From: Desulfobacterales bacterium
Lineage (GTDB): Bacteria > Desulfobacterota > Desulfobacteria > Desulfobacterales > UBA2245
Length of the DNA: 64,000 nt
Assembly (NCBI GenBank): GCA_040771865.1
Contig: JAXGZF010000005.1
Location: forward strand, 62,001-126,000
Reading direction: 5' to 3'
Below the pieces are notes generated by a model. It had not been told where the DNA came from, did no database searches, and saw only the letters and a list, made by a program, of their open reading frames with translations. The translations under genes and the position numbers were made by a program. Each line of letters opens with the position of its first letter. Within the stretch, counting starts at the first letter, position 1. This document shows positions 12,679 to 23,142 of this stretch, one piece after another.

Positions 12679-13884
12679 GTGTCGAAGAAGATCAACAAAG
12701 TTGTTTTGGCCTATTCCGGAGGACTGGACACTTCGGTGATACTCAAGTGGCTTATCGAAACCTATCAATGCGAGGTGATCGCATTTTCAGCCGATATCGG
12801 TCAGGCGGAAGAACTCGACAACCTTGAGCCCAAGGCGATCAAAACCGGCGCCAGCAAGGTCTATATCGATGATCTGACCGAAGAATTCGTCAGAGATTAC
12901 GTATTTCCGGCATTTCGGGCCAACGCCATTTACGAGGGCCACTATCTTCTGGGAACGTCTCTGGCGCGTCCCCTGATTGCCAAACGCCAGATTGAAATCG
13001 CTCTGGCCGAAGGCGCGGATGCCGTCAGCCATGGGGCCACGGGAAAGGGAAACGATCAGGTGCGTTTTGAATTGACCTATCTGGCCCTGGCGCCTCACAT
13101 TCAGATCGTGGCGCCCTGGCGGGAATGGAATTTAAAGTCCCGAACCGCCTTGATGGAATTTGCACAGAAGCACGGAATTCCGGTGCCTACGACCCCCAAA
13201 AAGCCATACAGCAGCGACCGCAACCTGCTGCATATCAGCTACGAGGGCGGCATTCTCGAGGATCCATGGAATCCCCCCGACGAGGACATGTTTGTACTCA
13301 GCGTATCTCCGCAGAAGGCCCCGGACAAGGCGGAAGTGATCGAGATGTCCTTTGAGAACGGAGATCTGAGGTCGATCAACGGTAAGAAACTGTCTCCCGC
13401 GGGCCTTCTGAGCGAACTCAACCGCTTGGGAGGCCGCCACGGCATCGGCAGGGTGGATATCGTGGAAAACCGCTTCGTCGGCATGAAATCCCGCGGAGTT
13501 TACGAGACTCCAGGTGGAACGATTCTTCGCCAGGCCCACATGGCCGTGGAATCCATCACCATGGACCGGGAGGTCATGCATCTGCGCGATTCCCTGATTC
13601 CCAAGTATTCCGAACTGATCTACAACGGGTTCTGGTTTTCGCCGGAAATGCGCCTGCTTCAGAACATGATCGACAAAACCCAGGAAAACGTTTCCGGAGT
13701 GGTCAGACTCGAACTCTACAAGGGCAACTGCCGCGTGCTGGGCAGAAAGTCCGACAGGTCCCTGTACAGCGAGGATTTTGCCACGTTTGAAGACGAGAAT
13801 GTATACAGCCAGAAGGATGCCGAGGGTTTTATCCGGCTTAATGCACTGAGGCTTCGCATACAGAAACTGCTGGCCCGCTCCTAA
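12679..13884 (+). CDS. argG: Argininosuccinate synthase
   Basis: [33 protein letters not shown] start at 12679 after AGGAG. Confidence 0.96.
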   Translation: MSKKINKVVLAYSGGLDTSVILKWLIETYQCEVIAFSADIGQAEELDNLEPKAIKTGASKVYIDDLTEEFVRDYVFPAFRANAIYEGHYLLGTSLARPLIAKRQIEIALAEGADAVSHGATGKGNDQVRFELTYLALAPHIQIVAPWREWNLKSRTALMEFAQKHGIPVPTTPKKPYSSDRNLLHISYEGGILEDPWNPPDEDMFVLSVSPQKAPDKAEVIEMSFENGDLRSINGKKLSPAGLLSELNRLGGRHGIGRVDIVENRFVGMKSRGVYETPGGTILRQAHMAVESITMDREVMHLRDSLIPKYSELIYNGFWFSPEMRLLQNMIDKTQENVSGVVRLELYKGNCRVLGRKSDRSLYSEDFATFEDENVYSQKDAEGFIRLNALRLRIQKLLARS

Positions 13885-13899
13885 ACGGAAGGAAAGACC

Positions 13900-15276
13900 A
13901 TGGGGGAAAAACCCTGGGACGGACGATTTTCCGAAAAGACGGCGAAGGTCGTGGAAACCTTTACCGCATCCATCGACGTGGACAGCCGCCTGTATCCCTA
14001 TGATATCGAAGGCAGCGTCGCTCATTGCAGGATGCTGGCCCGAACAGGAATCATCGCTCAGAACGAGGCCGACGTGCTGATTCGGGGACTCAACGAAATC
14101 AGGGGTCTGCTGGATCGAGGAGAGTTTGAATTCGATCAGCGTCTCGAAGATATTCACATGCACATCGAAACCCGTTTGTTTCAACTGGTCGGCAACACGG
14201 CGAAAAAGCTTCATACGGCCCGAAGCCGCAATGATCAGGTGGCCCTGGATGTGCGCATGTATCTTCGGGAAGAAACCCGCAGCATGATTCGCGATCTTGC
14301 CGCTCTTCGAAAGGTGTTTGTGGACCTGGCCGAATCAGGCCTTGGCGTGGCGATGCCCGGTTACACGCATCTCCAGCGGGCCCAGCCGGTGCTTCTGGGG
14401 CACCACTGGATGGCCTATTACGAGATGTTTTCAAGGGACGCTCAGCGGTTTCAGGACGCCTTGAAGCGCATCGACGTCATGCCTCTGGGCAGCGCGGCCC
14501 TGGCCGGAACCACATATCCGATCGACCGGCATTATGTCGCTGAACAGCTGGGTTTTGCTTGGGTTTCGGCCAACAGCATCGATTCGGTTTCCGACCGGGA
14601 TTTCATCATCGAATTTCTGGCCGCGGCCAGTTTGTGCATGATGCATCTGAGCCGGCTTTCCGAGGAACTGATTCTGTGGTCTTCTTCGGAATTCTCCTTT
14701 ATCGAGCTGCCCGATGCCTTTACCACCGGAAGCAGCATCATGCCGCAGAAAAAAAATCCGGACGTGCCCGAACTGGTGCGGGGAAAAACCGGAAGGGTTT
14801 TTGGCGACCTGGTTGCGCTTCTGACACTGATGAAATCACTTCCCCTGGCCTATAACCGGGACATGCAGGAGGACAAGTCGATCTTGTTCAGCACGGTGGA
14901 CACGCTCAAGGCCTGCATCGAAGTGACCGTCCAGATGCTTCCCTGTATCCGGGTTCATGCGGATGCAATGCGGCGGGCCGCCGGCCGGGGCTTTCTCGAT
15001 GCAACGGATCTGGCCGACTATCTGGTCACCCGGGGCATGGCGTTTCGCGAAGCCCACAGCTGTGTGGGAAAAGCCGTGGCTTTTGCCCTTTCGCGGAACA
15101 GGGAACTCAGCGAACTGAGTTTGAACGAACTCAAGGGTTTTTCCGAGTTGATCGGAGAGGACGTTTATGAGTTTCTGAAGGTGGAGCGCATGATTGATCG
15201 GCGGCAATCCGCCGGCGGAACCGCCGCTCAAAACGTTCGAAAGGCGATTGAACAGGCCAGAGAGGATCTTGGCTGA
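13900..15276 (+). CDS. argH: Argininosuccinate lyase
   Basis: HTARSRNDQ, PGYTHLQ, GSSIMPQKKNPD. Confidence 0.97.
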   Translation: MGEKPWDGRFSEKTAKVVETFTASIDVDSRLYPYDIEGSVAHCRMLARTGIIAQNEADVLIRGLNEIRGLLDRGEFEFDQRLEDIHMHIETRLFQLVGNTAKKLHTARSRNDQVALDVRMYLREETRSMIRDLAALRKVFVDLAESGLGVAMPGYTHLQRAQPVLLGHHWMAYYEMFSRDAQRFQDALKRIDVMPLGSAALAGTTYPIDRHYVAEQLGFAWVSANSIDSVSDRDFIIEFLAAASLCMMHLSRLSEELILWSSSEFSFIELPDAFTTGSSIMPQKKNPDVPELVRGKTGRVFGDLVALLTLMKSLPLAYNRDMQEDKSILFSTVDTLKACIEVTVQMLPCIRVHADAMRRAAGRGFLDATDLADYLVTRGMAFREAHSCVGKAVAFALSRNRELSELSLNELKGFSELIGEDVYEFLKVERMIDRRQSAGGTAAQNVRKAIEQAREDLG

Positions 15277-15297
15277 ATTTTTTCACTGGGAGCGGAA

Positions 15298-15453
15298 ATG
15301 CATTCGTTATTCATTAAGTGCGGCCGGTTTTTCAAGGGGATTGTAACGGCGCTTTGTCTGACGGTTCTGTTGTGCGGTTTGACCGGATGCGGAAAAAAAG
15401 GGCCTCCGGTTGCGCCGTCTCAGATCCAATCGGAAAAAAGCCTTCCAGGTTAG
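15298..15453 (+). CDS. 51-aa lipoprotein, YifL/LptM-like (below the ORF-track cutoff)
   Basis: Translates MHSLFIKCGRFFKGIVTALCLTVLLCGLTGCGKKGPPVAPSQIQSEKSLPG*; lipobox LTGC followed by GKKGP; lies between argH and lysA. Confidence 0.8.
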   Translation: MHSLFIKCGRFFKGIVTALCLTVLLCGLTGCGKKGPPVAPSQIQSEKSLPG

Positions 15454-15500
15454 ATTTTGAATCTGATCTGCCGTGCTGATTTATTGAAACAAGGTGAACC

Positions 15501-16766
15501 GTGAACCATTTTGAATATCGGGGAAATGAACTTTTTTGCGAGGAGATTCCTGTCAAACACATCGCCAAGGCGGTGGGAACTCCTTTTTATCTGTACAGTC
15601 ATGCGACCCTGAAGCGGCATTATGAGGTTTTTCATTCGGCATTTGAAGGAATCGAGCGGCTGATCTGCTATTCGGCAAAAGCTAATACGAACCTGGCTGT
15701 TTTGAATTTTTTCCGGTCTCTGGGAAGCGGTCTGGACATTGTTTCCGGAGGCGAGCTTTACCGGGGGCTTAAGGCGGGGTTTTCCCCGGACCGCATCGTG
15801 TACTCCGGAGTGGGCAAGCGCGCTGACGAGATCGACGAGGCCCTGGGCGCGGGAATTCTTATGTTCAATGTGGAGTCCCTGGAAGAGCTCGATCTGATCA
15901 ATCATCGGGCCGGCGCTCTGGGAAAAAAAGCGCCGGTCGCTATCCGCGTGAATCCGGATGTGGATCCGAAAACCCATCCTTATATTTCAACAGGGCTGAA
16001 GAAAAACAAGTTCGGTATCGACGCCCGAACCGCGATGGAGGCATACCGGCTGGCCACGAAAATGGAACACGTGCGCATTGTCGGCGTGGATTGCCATATC
16101 GGATCCCAGATTACCCGGACCGATCCGTTCCAGGATGCCATGAAAAGCATTCGAGCCGTTATTCAAGAGCTTTCCGGCATGGGCATCGCCGTTCAGTACC
16201 TGGATATGGGCGGCGGTCTGGGCATTACCTACGACAGCGAAGCGCCGCCTCAGCCTGCGGATTACGCCAGAGCCATCGTGGATTCATTAAAAGGGGTTCC
16301 GGTCCGGCTGATTCTGGAACCGGGGCGGGTGTTGGTCGGAAATGCCGGCATACTGGTCACCCAGGTGCTCTATCGAAAAATCGCTTCGGAAAAATCGTTT
16401 ATTGTGGTGGACGCTGGCATGAACGATCTGTTGCGTCCTTCCATATACAAGGCCTTTCACGGCATTACGCCGGTGGAGAAAAACACGGCGGAACCGCTGG
16501 TGGCCGATGTGGTCGGTCCGATCTGCGAAAGCGGGGATTTTCTGGCCCAGGACCGGAAAATATTCTCAGCAGGTCGCGGCGACCTGCTTGCGGTGATGAG
16601 CGCCGGCGCATATGGCTTTGCCATGTCGTCGAATTATTGTTCCCGGCTGAAGGTAGCCGAGGTCATGGTCCGGGGCGACCGGTTCGAGGTGATCCGGCGC
16701 CGGCAGACCTATGAGGATCTTGTGGCCGGGGAGACCGTTCCGAGTTTTCTGGACTCAGGGGATTGA
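15501..16766 (+). CDS. lysA: Diaminopimelate decarboxylase
   Basis: YSAKAN, HIGSQ, DMGGG, EPGR, GPICESGD. Confidence 0.96.
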   Translation: MNHFEYRGNELFCEEIPVKHIAKAVGTPFYLYSHATLKRHYEVFHSAFEGIERLICYSAKANTNLAVLNFFRSLGSGLDIVSGGELYRGLKAGFSPDRIVYSGVGKRADEIDEALGAGILMFNVESLEELDLINHRAGALGKKAPVAIRVNPDVDPKTHPYISTGLKKNKFGIDARTAMEAYRLATKMEHVRIVGVDCHIGSQITRTDPFQDAMKSIRAVIQELSGMGIAVQYLDMGGGLGITYDSEAPPQPADYARAIVDSLKGVPVRLILEPGRVLVGNAGILVTQVLYRKIASEKSFIVVDAGMNDLLRPSIYKAFHGITPVEKNTAEPLVADVVGPICESGDFLAQDRKIFSAGRGDLLAVMSAGAYGFAMSSNYCSRLKVAEVMVRGDRFEVIRRRQTYEDLVAGETVPSFLDSGD

Positions 16767-16786
16767 AACTCAGTTAAGCGTGATCG

Positions 16787-17611
16787 ATGAAAGATATCGA
16801 ATTTTACAAGATGAGCGGAGCAGGCAATGATTTCATCATCATCGACAACCGGAATCCGGTTGTCGATGAAACCGATCTTGCCGCATTCATTGCAAAAGTC
16901 TGCCGCAGAAAGTTTTCGGTAGGCGCTGACGGGCTGATTCTGGTGGAGTCCTCGAACAAGGCGGATTTCAAGTGGCGGTTTTACAACTCGGACGGCAGCA
17001 GGGCAGAGATGTGCGGAAACGGCGCCCGTTGCGCCGCCAGGTTTGCCTATGTCAACCGAATCGCAGGACCCGAACTGTCTTTTGAAACCGACGCGGGCAT
17101 CGTTTCGGCCCGGATTCAAAACGATCGCGTTAAAATCCGCATGACCGATCCCGCCGGGCTGAGGCTGAACTATCCGTTGAGAATTGACTCACGGATGCTT
17201 CGCATCAGCAGCATCAACACCGGCGTTCCCCATGCGGTGGTTGAGGTGGAGGATTTGGAAAACGCCGATGTGTGCGGTGACGGCCGGTGCATTCGTTTCC
17301 ATGAAGCATACGCACCTGCGGGAACCAATGCGAACTTTGTGTCCATGACAGCTAAAGGCGAAATTGCCATTCGGACCTACGAGCGGGGCGTTGAGGATGA
17401 GACGCTGGCCTGCGGCACCGGATCCGTGGCTGCCGCCCTGATTATGTCAAAAATCAGGGGCCTGTCCTCTCCGGTTGATGTTTTGACTCGAAGTCAGGAG
17501 CGTCTCAGTGTTTATTTCCGAATGGACGGGGATCGGTTTTACGATGTGTACCTGGAAGGCAGCGCCCGAATCATCTATGTCGGCAGACTGAATTCGGAAG
17601 CCTGGGCCTGA
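16787..17611 (+). CDS. dapF: Diaminopimelate epimerase
   Basis: GAGNDF, EMCGNG, NTGVPH, ERGV..ETLACGTG. Confidence 0.96.
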   Translation: MKDIEFYKMSGAGNDFIIIDNRNPVVDETDLAAFIAKVCRRKFSVGADGLILVESSNKADFKWRFYNSDGSRAEMCGNGARCAARFAYVNRIAGPELSFETDAGIVSARIQNDRVKIRMTDPAGLRLNYPLRIDSRMLRISSINTGVPHAVVEVEDLENADVCGDGRCIRFHEAYAPAGTNANFVSMTAKGEIAIRTYERGVEDETLACGTGSVAAALIMSKIRGLSSPVDVLTRSQERLSVYFRMDGDRFYDVYLEGSARIIYVGRLNSEAWA

Positions 17612-17662
17612 AGCTTCTTACGGCATCAAAGAAGAAACTGGAAATGCAGAGTCCGTGCACTT

Positions 17663-18154
17663 ATGGCCGTGGTTTACATCAGTTTGGGATCGAATATGGG
17701 CAGAAGACGGGAAAACTGCCTTCTCGCTCTGGATGAACTGGGCCGGCCCTCTGTCGGATCTTTGACCGGACGATCGGAATTTTATCTGAGCCAGCCTGTA
17801 GATTGCCCTCGGCAGAACTGGTTTGTCAATGCGGCGGCGCGTCTCGATACACGGCTCGATCCGTTTGCGCTGCTTGAACAGACAAAACGCATCGAAATTC
17901 AGCTGGGCAGAGTGAAAAACACGGTTCGATTCGGCCCGAGGATCATTGATCTGGATATCGTTCTGTACGGCGATCAAATCCTGGACGCGCCGGAACTGAC
18001 GATTCCCCATGCGAGGATGCATAAAAGACGTTTTGTGTTGCAGCCGATTTGTGATATAGATGACCGCATCGTTCATCCTGTTTTTAAAGAACCGTTAACC
18101 CGTCTTCTGGCGCGGATTCCCGAATCCGGCCAGAAACTGATTCGAATTGCATGA
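17663..18154 (+). CDS. folK: 2-amino-4-hydroxy-6-hydroxymethyldihydropteridine diphosphokinase
   Basis: ISLGSNMG, GPRIIDLDI, IPH..M..RRFVL.P. Confidence 0.93.
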   Translation: MAVVYISLGSNMGRRRENCLLALDELGRPSVGSLTGRSEFYLSQPVDCPRQNWFVNAAARLDTRLDPFALLEQTKRIEIQLGRVKNTVRFGPRIIDLDIVLYGDQILDAPELTIPHARMHKRRFVLQPICDIDDRIVHPVFKEPLTRLLARIPESGQKLIRIA

Positions 18155-18390
18155 GACTATTAATTCTGGCGGCGTTGATATTCCTAGGCTATCGGGCTTT
18201 AAAAGCCCGTATCGGCAGCGGGCATCGAAGCTCAGAAAACGATTTGCGGAATCTGGATGACGAGATGATTCAGGATCCTTTTTGCGGCGTCTATTTCCCC
18301 AGGAAAAACGCCGTTCGTGCGAGCATCGGGAAGAAGGATTTTCTTTTTTGCAGCGAGCAATGCCGGGATGCGTATCTGAGCGGCCGTTGA
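18151..18390 (+). CDS. Small membrane-anchored TRASH/YHS-like metal-binding protein
   Basis: N-terminal TM segment, then DPFCGVY...FCSEQC. Confidence 0.75.
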   Translation: MRLLILAALIFLGYRALKARIGSGHRSSENDLRNLDDEMIQDPFCGVYFPRKNAVRASIGKKDFLFCSEQCRDAYLSGR

Positions 18391-18448
18391 CAACTTGAAA
18401 CGGCTTGATTCCGGCGTTTTGAACAGATGATGACAAGGAAGGAACAGC

Positions 18449-19093
18449 ATGAAATTTTTCATCGATACGGCCAATATTGAACAAATCAAGGATGCCAACC
18501 GTATGGGCATGATTGATGGGGTTACCACCAATCCAAGTCTGATCGCCAAGGAATCCGGAGATTTTGAAACCATTGTCAAGGAAATTTGCCGAATCGTCGA
18601 TGGACCTGTCAGCGCCGAGGTCATCGCCCTGGACCTGGAGGGCATGCTCAAGGAAGCCCGCCATCTGGCGACATTGCATCCGAACATCGTGGTGAAGATT
18701 CCCATGACCATCGAGGGGATGAAAGCCGTTCGGCAGCTTTCGGAGGAGGGTATTAAAACCAACGTCACGCTGGTATTTTCTCCTTTGCAGGCGCTGATGG
18801 CGGCCAAGGCCGGAGCCAGTTACGTCAGCCCGTTTGTCGGACGCCTGGATGATATCGCGCATGACGGTCTGCTGCTGGTGGAGCAGATTGTTGAGATTTA
18901 CAGCAATTATGCCTTTGAAACCGAGATCATCGTTGCTTCCGTGCGTCATCCGCTTCACGTGCTGGAATCGGCGCTGATCGGTGCGGATATTGCTACGATT
19001 CCTTACGGAGTTTTGAGCAAAATGGCCGAGCATCCCCTCACGGACAAGGGTATTAAGGCATTTCTGAATGACTGGAAAAGGGCACAAAAATAA
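18449..19093 (+). CDS. Transaldolase (short Tal/Fsa family)
   Basis: [27 protein letters not shown]. Confidence 0.92.
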   Translation: MKFFIDTANIEQIKDANRMGMIDGVTTNPSLIAKESGDFETIVKEICRIVDGPVSAEVIALDLEGMLKEARHLATLHPNIVVKIPMTIEGMKAVRQLSEEGIKTNVTLVFSPLQALMAAKAGASYVSPFVGRLDDIAHDGLLLVEQIVEIYSNYAFETEIIVASVRHPLHVLESALIGADIATIPYGVLSKMAEHPLTDKGIKAFLNDWKRAQK

Positions 19094-19108
19094 ATAACCG
19101 ACGCCAAG

Positions 19109-19684
19109 ATGCTTGAAATATTCTCAAAAGACAGAATCAAGTTCTACCTGAGTGATCCCAATACGCTGACCCTGGCGCGGGTTGCGGCGGTGCCGGTGAT
19201 CGTCGTTCTGCTGCTGTTTCCCAACCGGCCTTGCACCTTCCTGGCTGCCTTGCTGTTTTCAGCGGCATCGATCACCGATTATCTGGACGGTTTTTTTGCC
19301 AGACGGCAGGGACTGACGTCGGAATTCGGCAAGATCATGGATCCGCTGGCAGACAAATTGCTTTCCTCTCTGACCTTGATTATGTTGAGCGGGCTTGGCT
19401 GGATTCCTGCCTGGATGGTATGCGTGATTATCGGCCGTGAGCTTTCGGTGACCGGATTGCGCAATGCCGTGAGTCAAAAGGGCAAAGACGCTTCGGCATC
19501 CTGGCTTGGAAAATACAAAACCGGATTTCAGATCGCAGCCATTATTCCGCTGTTGTTTCACTATTCTTATTTCGGCATTCAACTTCATGCCATCGGGATG
19601 GTGATGCTGTGGGCGGCTTTGATTTTAACGGTGTGGTCCGGGGTTGACTATATGATCCGTTACACCAGAATTTTACGCAGCTAG
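19109..19684 (+). CDS. pgsA: CDP-diacylglycerol--glycerol-3-phosphate 3-phosphatidyltransferase
   Basis: PNTLT, TDYLDGFFAR...GKIMDPLADK; followed by tRNA-Gly and tRNA-Cys. Confidence 0.93.
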   Translation: MLEIFSKDRIKFYLSDPNTLTLARVAAVPVIVVLLLFPNRPCTFLAALLFSAASITDYLDGFFARRQGLTSEFGKIMDPLADKLLSSLTLIMLSGLGWIPAWMVCVIIGRELSVTGLRNAVSQKGKDASASWLGKYKTGFQIAAIIPLLFHYSYFGIQLHAIGMVMLWAALILTVWSGVDYMIRYTRILRS

Positions 19685-19696
19685 TCAAATTTTCTG

Positions 19697-19726
19697 TTGA
19701 CAGCGGCCGTGTGATGAATGTATAAG
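19697..19726 (+). promoter_or_regulatory. Sigma70-type promoter of the tRNA operon
   Basis: TTGACA-N18-TATAAG ending 12 nt before tRNA-Gly. Confidence 0.65.
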
Positions 19727-19738
19727 GCAACACACTGG

Positions 19739-19813
<75 letters not shown>

Positions 19814-19821
19814 TTTTTTTT

Positions 19822-19896
19822 GGCGGCATAGCCAAGTGGTAAGGCAGCGGTCTGCAAAACCGTTATTCTCCGGTTCAAATCCGGATGCCGCCTCCA
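19822..19896 (+). tRNA. tRNA-Cys (GCA)
   Basis: GGCGGCA/TGCCGCC acceptor stem, CT-GCA-AA anticodon loop, GGTTCAAATCC T-arm, encoded CCA. Confidence 0.97.
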
Positions 19897-19904
19897 ATGA
19901 AATC

Positions 19905-19940
19905 AAAGGGCTCATCCGGAATGGATGCGCCTTTTTTTTT
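19905..19940 (+). terminator. Intrinsic terminator after the tRNAs
   Basis: Imperfect stem AAAGGGCTCATCC/GGATGCGCCTTT followed by a T-run. Confidence 0.75.
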
Positions 19941-20037
19941 AATAGTCATCCTTGTTTGTCCACCGGTGTTTTTGTGTGAAAGTCCGATTCGATTGCGGCC
20001 GATTGGAAACCAATATCATGCTTGAAAAGGCGGATTG

Positions 20038-20964
20038 ATGAGGCGTCAAACAATTCTGCATGATGCAAAACTGGCTTTGAAGGGTTTTTGTATGGGGGCG
20101 GCGGATGTCGTGCCCGGAGTGTCCGGTGGAACCATGGCCCTGGTTCTGGGAATTTACCCGGAACTGATCGCTTCCATTCGATCCTTTGATTTGAAATTCT
20201 TAAAACAGCTCGCGGCTTTTCATTTCAAGGAAGCATTCGATCGTGTATCCTGGCGATTTGTCCTCTTTCTGGCCATCGGAATTCTAACCGCCATATTTTC
20301 TCTGGCCCGGATCATCGGCTGGCTTCTCGCTGAGCATCCCGTTCTGATATGGTCCTTTTTTTTCGGCTTGGTGCTGGCGTCCGCCTTTACGGTGTCGCGG
20401 CATCTGGAGCGCTGGCGGCCTTCAATGGTGTTCATGATGCTCTGCGGAATTGCCGGAGCCTATTGGATTGTCGGCCTGATTCCTGCGGTGACCCCCGATG
20501 CGGCGTGGTTTCTTTTTCTCAGCGGTGCGGTAGCGATCTGCGCCATGATTCTGCCGGGAATTTCGGGTTCATTCATTCTCGTTCTGATGGGAAAATACCA
20601 TTACGTGTTGCAGGCGGTAAATCAGCGGGATGTTGTTGTTCTGGCCATTGTAGCCGCGGGCGCTCTCGCGGGACTGGTCTGTTTCGTCAGGCTGCTTCAC
20701 TGGCTGCTCAACAATTTCAGGAACCTGACGATAGCGGTATTGACCGGCTTTATGATCGGCTCTCTGCGGCGCGTGTGGCCATGGAAGATGCTTGAAAACA
20801 GCTTGGATTCTCAGGGCAATCTCGTCGGAGTTTTTTCGGTGAACATTCTGCCTTCGGGGACCGGCGATACGCTTCAGGCCGTTGCTTTGATGGGGGTCGG
20901 GTTTTTTCTGGTGATCGCCTTGGATGCGCTGTCCGCTCGAAAAGAGAAAAAAAACTCGTTGTAA
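20038..20964 (+). CDS. DUF368 membrane protein (undecaprenyl-phosphate translocase family)
   Basis: Duplicated motifs GAADVVPGVSGGTMA and AMILPGISGSFIL. Confidence 0.88.
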   Translation: MRRQTILHDAKLALKGFCMGAADVVPGVSGGTMALVLGIYPELIASIRSFDLKFLKQLAAFHFKEAFDRVSWRFVLFLAIGILTAIFSLARIIGWLLAEHPVLIWSFFFGLVLASAFTVSRHLERWRPSMVFMMLCGIAGAYWIVGLIPAVTPDAAWFLFLSGAVAICAMILPGISGSFILVLMGKYHYVLQAVNQRDVVVLAIVAAGALAGLVCFVRLLHWLLNNFRNLTIAVLTGFMIGSLRRVWPWKMLENSLDSQGNLVGVFSVNILPSGTGDTLQAVALMGVGFFLVIALDALSARKEKKNSL

Positions 20965-20970
20965 AGCCGT

Positions 20971-21423
20971 TTATCGGAACCTTCTGTCCAGCAGCAGATG
21001 GGAGAAGTATCCCAGTTCAGCGGCTGCGTAGAAGGGCAGCAGAGGCTGAACCGGTGCGTTGATGAACAGTGCCGGCAACAGTATAATGGGAGAGGGTACG
21101 ATCACCATGGCCCACCAGGTGTGAGTCCAGCCTCTGTGGCGGCCGACGGCCGGAAGCAGCGCGCAGAATCCCAGGAATGCGGCCCATTGGTAAGCACCCT
21201 GAATGATCAGGGCAAGATCCAGAACCGCCAGTGCAAAATAAAACAGGTTCTGCCCCTTGGAATCGGTGTCCGTATCCGGAAACAGGGCGCCCAGCACGGT
21301 TGCCAGCATCAGAACCGACCCGGTCTGAAGGTCGGTCCGGTACACGTCGAAGGCAGCCAGACCGGCCAGGGCGGCCCCTCCCAGAACCAGCCCGCCACCT
21401 AAATGCGTTCGATATCCCGGCAT
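20971..21423 (-). CDS. Membrane metal-dependent hydrolase (YdjM-like)
   Basis: RTH, LFPDTD, HRGWTH, SHLLLD motifs. Confidence 0.8.
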   Translation of the reverse strand: MPGYRTHLGGGLVLGGAALAGLAAFDVYRTDLQTGSVLMLATVLGALFPDTDTDSKGQNLFYFALAVLDLALIIQGAYQWAAFLGFCALLPAVGRHRGWTHTWWAMVIVPSPIILLPALFINAPVQPLLPFYAAAELGYFSHLLLDRRFR

Positions 21424-21433
21424 GTTTTCGGAT

Positions 21434-22594
21434 TCAATGCCTGCCCGCAGAGGTGACGTCGGGCGTTTGCATCACGGCGTCCGCAATTGTTTCGGAAGCC
21501 TTGAGTATATCTTCTTTTGTCGTCATTCGGCCTGTGCTGAACCGGACGCTGCAGCGGGCCAGATCCGGCGGAATCCGCATGGCCGAAAGAACATGAGATA
21601 TGGATGCGGCATCGCTGTGACACGCGGCGCCCGGCGAGGCCGCGACATCCAGACCTATGTGTTCGAGCAGAAAACCGGCCTCTACACCAGGAAAAGATAC
21701 ATGGAGAGTGTTGGGAAGGCAGTTCTCGAGGTTTCCGTTGATCCGGATCCGGGGCAGTTTCTGTTTCAGACCCGATAACAGCAGGTCCCGCATGGATTTC
21801 ATGTGGCGGGCGTTTTCTTCAAGTTCCCGAGATGCAATGGCCGCCGCTTCTCCGAGTCCGACGATTTCCAGAACATTCTCGGTTCCCGCCCGTTTGCCTC
21901 CTTCCTGGCCGGCACCATGAATCAATCTGCTCAAAGAAACGCCGCTTCGAATATAAAGCGCTCCGACGCCCTTGGGCGCATAAAATTTGTGCCCCGCAAT
22001 CGACAGCAGATCCACCCCGAGGTCGTTTACCTGTACCGAAATTTTTCCAATGGACTGGGCCGCATCGCTGTGCACGGCGATGCCTTTTTTGCGGGCCAGC
22101 CGGGCGATTTCGGAAACGGGCTGAATCGTTCCCACCTCATTGTTGGCGTGCATGATCGTAATCAGAATGGTTTCCGGACGAATGGCCCGTTCGATTTCAT
22201 CGGCATCGATCCTGCCATAACGGTCCGGCAATATACGGGTGATTTGAAAACCCGAGTTTTCCAGGCTGCGACATACTTCCAGGACGGCGGGATGTTCGAT
22301 CTGGGATGTAATGATGTGATTGCCGCGGTTCCGGCGGGACAGGGCGATGCCTTTAATGGCATGGTTGTTCGATTCGGTGCCGCCGCTGGTAAAGATGATT
22401 TCATCCGGCCGGCATCCGATCAGATCCGCGACCTGACCGCGGGCTTTTATCAGGGCCTGTTTTGGCTTGATTCCATACCAGTGAGCGCTGGATGGATTTC
22501 CGAACTCGACCGAAAGATACGGCATCATCGCCGCAATCACCCGGGGATCAAGCGGCGTGGTTCCATTATAATCCAGATAGACGGGGGAGGGCAT
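21434..22594 (-). CDS. Cysteine desulfurase / selenocysteine lyase-like class V PLP enzyme
   Basis: YLDYNGTTP, SGGTESNN, HSDAAQ, GHKFYAPKG, GAACHS; probable start ATG 22594. Confidence 0.88.
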   Translation of the reverse strand: MPSPVYLDYNGTTPLDPRVIAAMMPYLSVEFGNPSSAHWYGIKPKQALIKARGQVADLIGCRPDEIIFTSGGTESNNHAIKGIALSRRNRGNHIITSQIEHPAVLEVCRSLENSGFQITRILPDRYGRIDADEIERAIRPETILITIMHANNEVGTIQPVSEIARLARKKGIAVHSDAAQSIGKISVQVNDLGVDLLSIAGHKFYAPKGVGALYIRSGVSLSRLIHGAGQEGGKRAGTENVLEIVGLGEAAAIASRELEENARHMKSMRDLLLSGLKQKLPRIRINGNLENCLPNTLHVSFPGVEAGFLLEHIGLDVAASPGAACHSDAASISHVLSAMRIPPDLARCSVRFSTGRMTTKEDILKASETIADAVMQTPDVTSAGRH

Positions 22595-22684
22595 GAATCT
22601 TTTGTCCAGTGCTTCGAAGGCCTGAGTGATCAAGTATTCGTGTCCCGAAACGACCGGATGTTCAACAGAGAAAACCGCGTCGCC

Positions 22685-22975
22685 CTATTTGCGGCTTTGA
22701 TTGATTCTGTCCTTCAGTACGCCGGAGCATTTGAAGGTCACCACCCGTCGGCTGTCGAGCATCATGTCTTGGCCGGTAGCGGGGTTTCGGCCCCGGCGTT
22801 TATTTTTCTCTTTGACGCAGAATTTGCCAAAACCGCTGACGAGAACGTCCTCTCCGTCTTCCAGGGTTTTTTTAATGATGTCGAGAAGGTTTTCAACCAT
22901 ATCCGCGCTGTGCTTGCGGGAAAAACCCGTCCTTGATTGAACCGAGTCCACAATCCGTGCTTTAGTAAGCGTCAT
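22685..22975 (-). CDS. ihfA: Integration host factor alpha-like subunit
   Basis: MTLTKA, SGFGKF, RRGRNPATG, RRVVTFK. Confidence 0.85.
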   Translation of the reverse strand: MTLTKARIVDSVQSRTGFSRKHSADMVENLLDIIKKTLEDGEDVLVSGFGKFCVKEKNKRRGRNPATGQDMMLDSRRVVTFKCSGVLKDRINQSRK

Positions 22976-23038
22976 GGTGAACGTATTCCTCTGATTTTAA
23001 AAGATATTAAACGAACCGACATTCTGAACACCGGATAG

Positions 23039-23067
23039 AGACTATGAGTATATTTAGATTTTGTCAA
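23039..23067 (-). promoter_or_regulatory. Sigma70-type promoter for the IHF gene
   Basis: Minus strand TTGACA-N17-TAGTCT within an AT-rich intergenic region. Confidence 0.6.
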
Positions 23068-23142
23068 TAAATTTTAAGATGTTACATGATAAAAATTATG
23101 CGGAAAAATATAACTGTTTGAAATAAAATAAAAAACATATTT

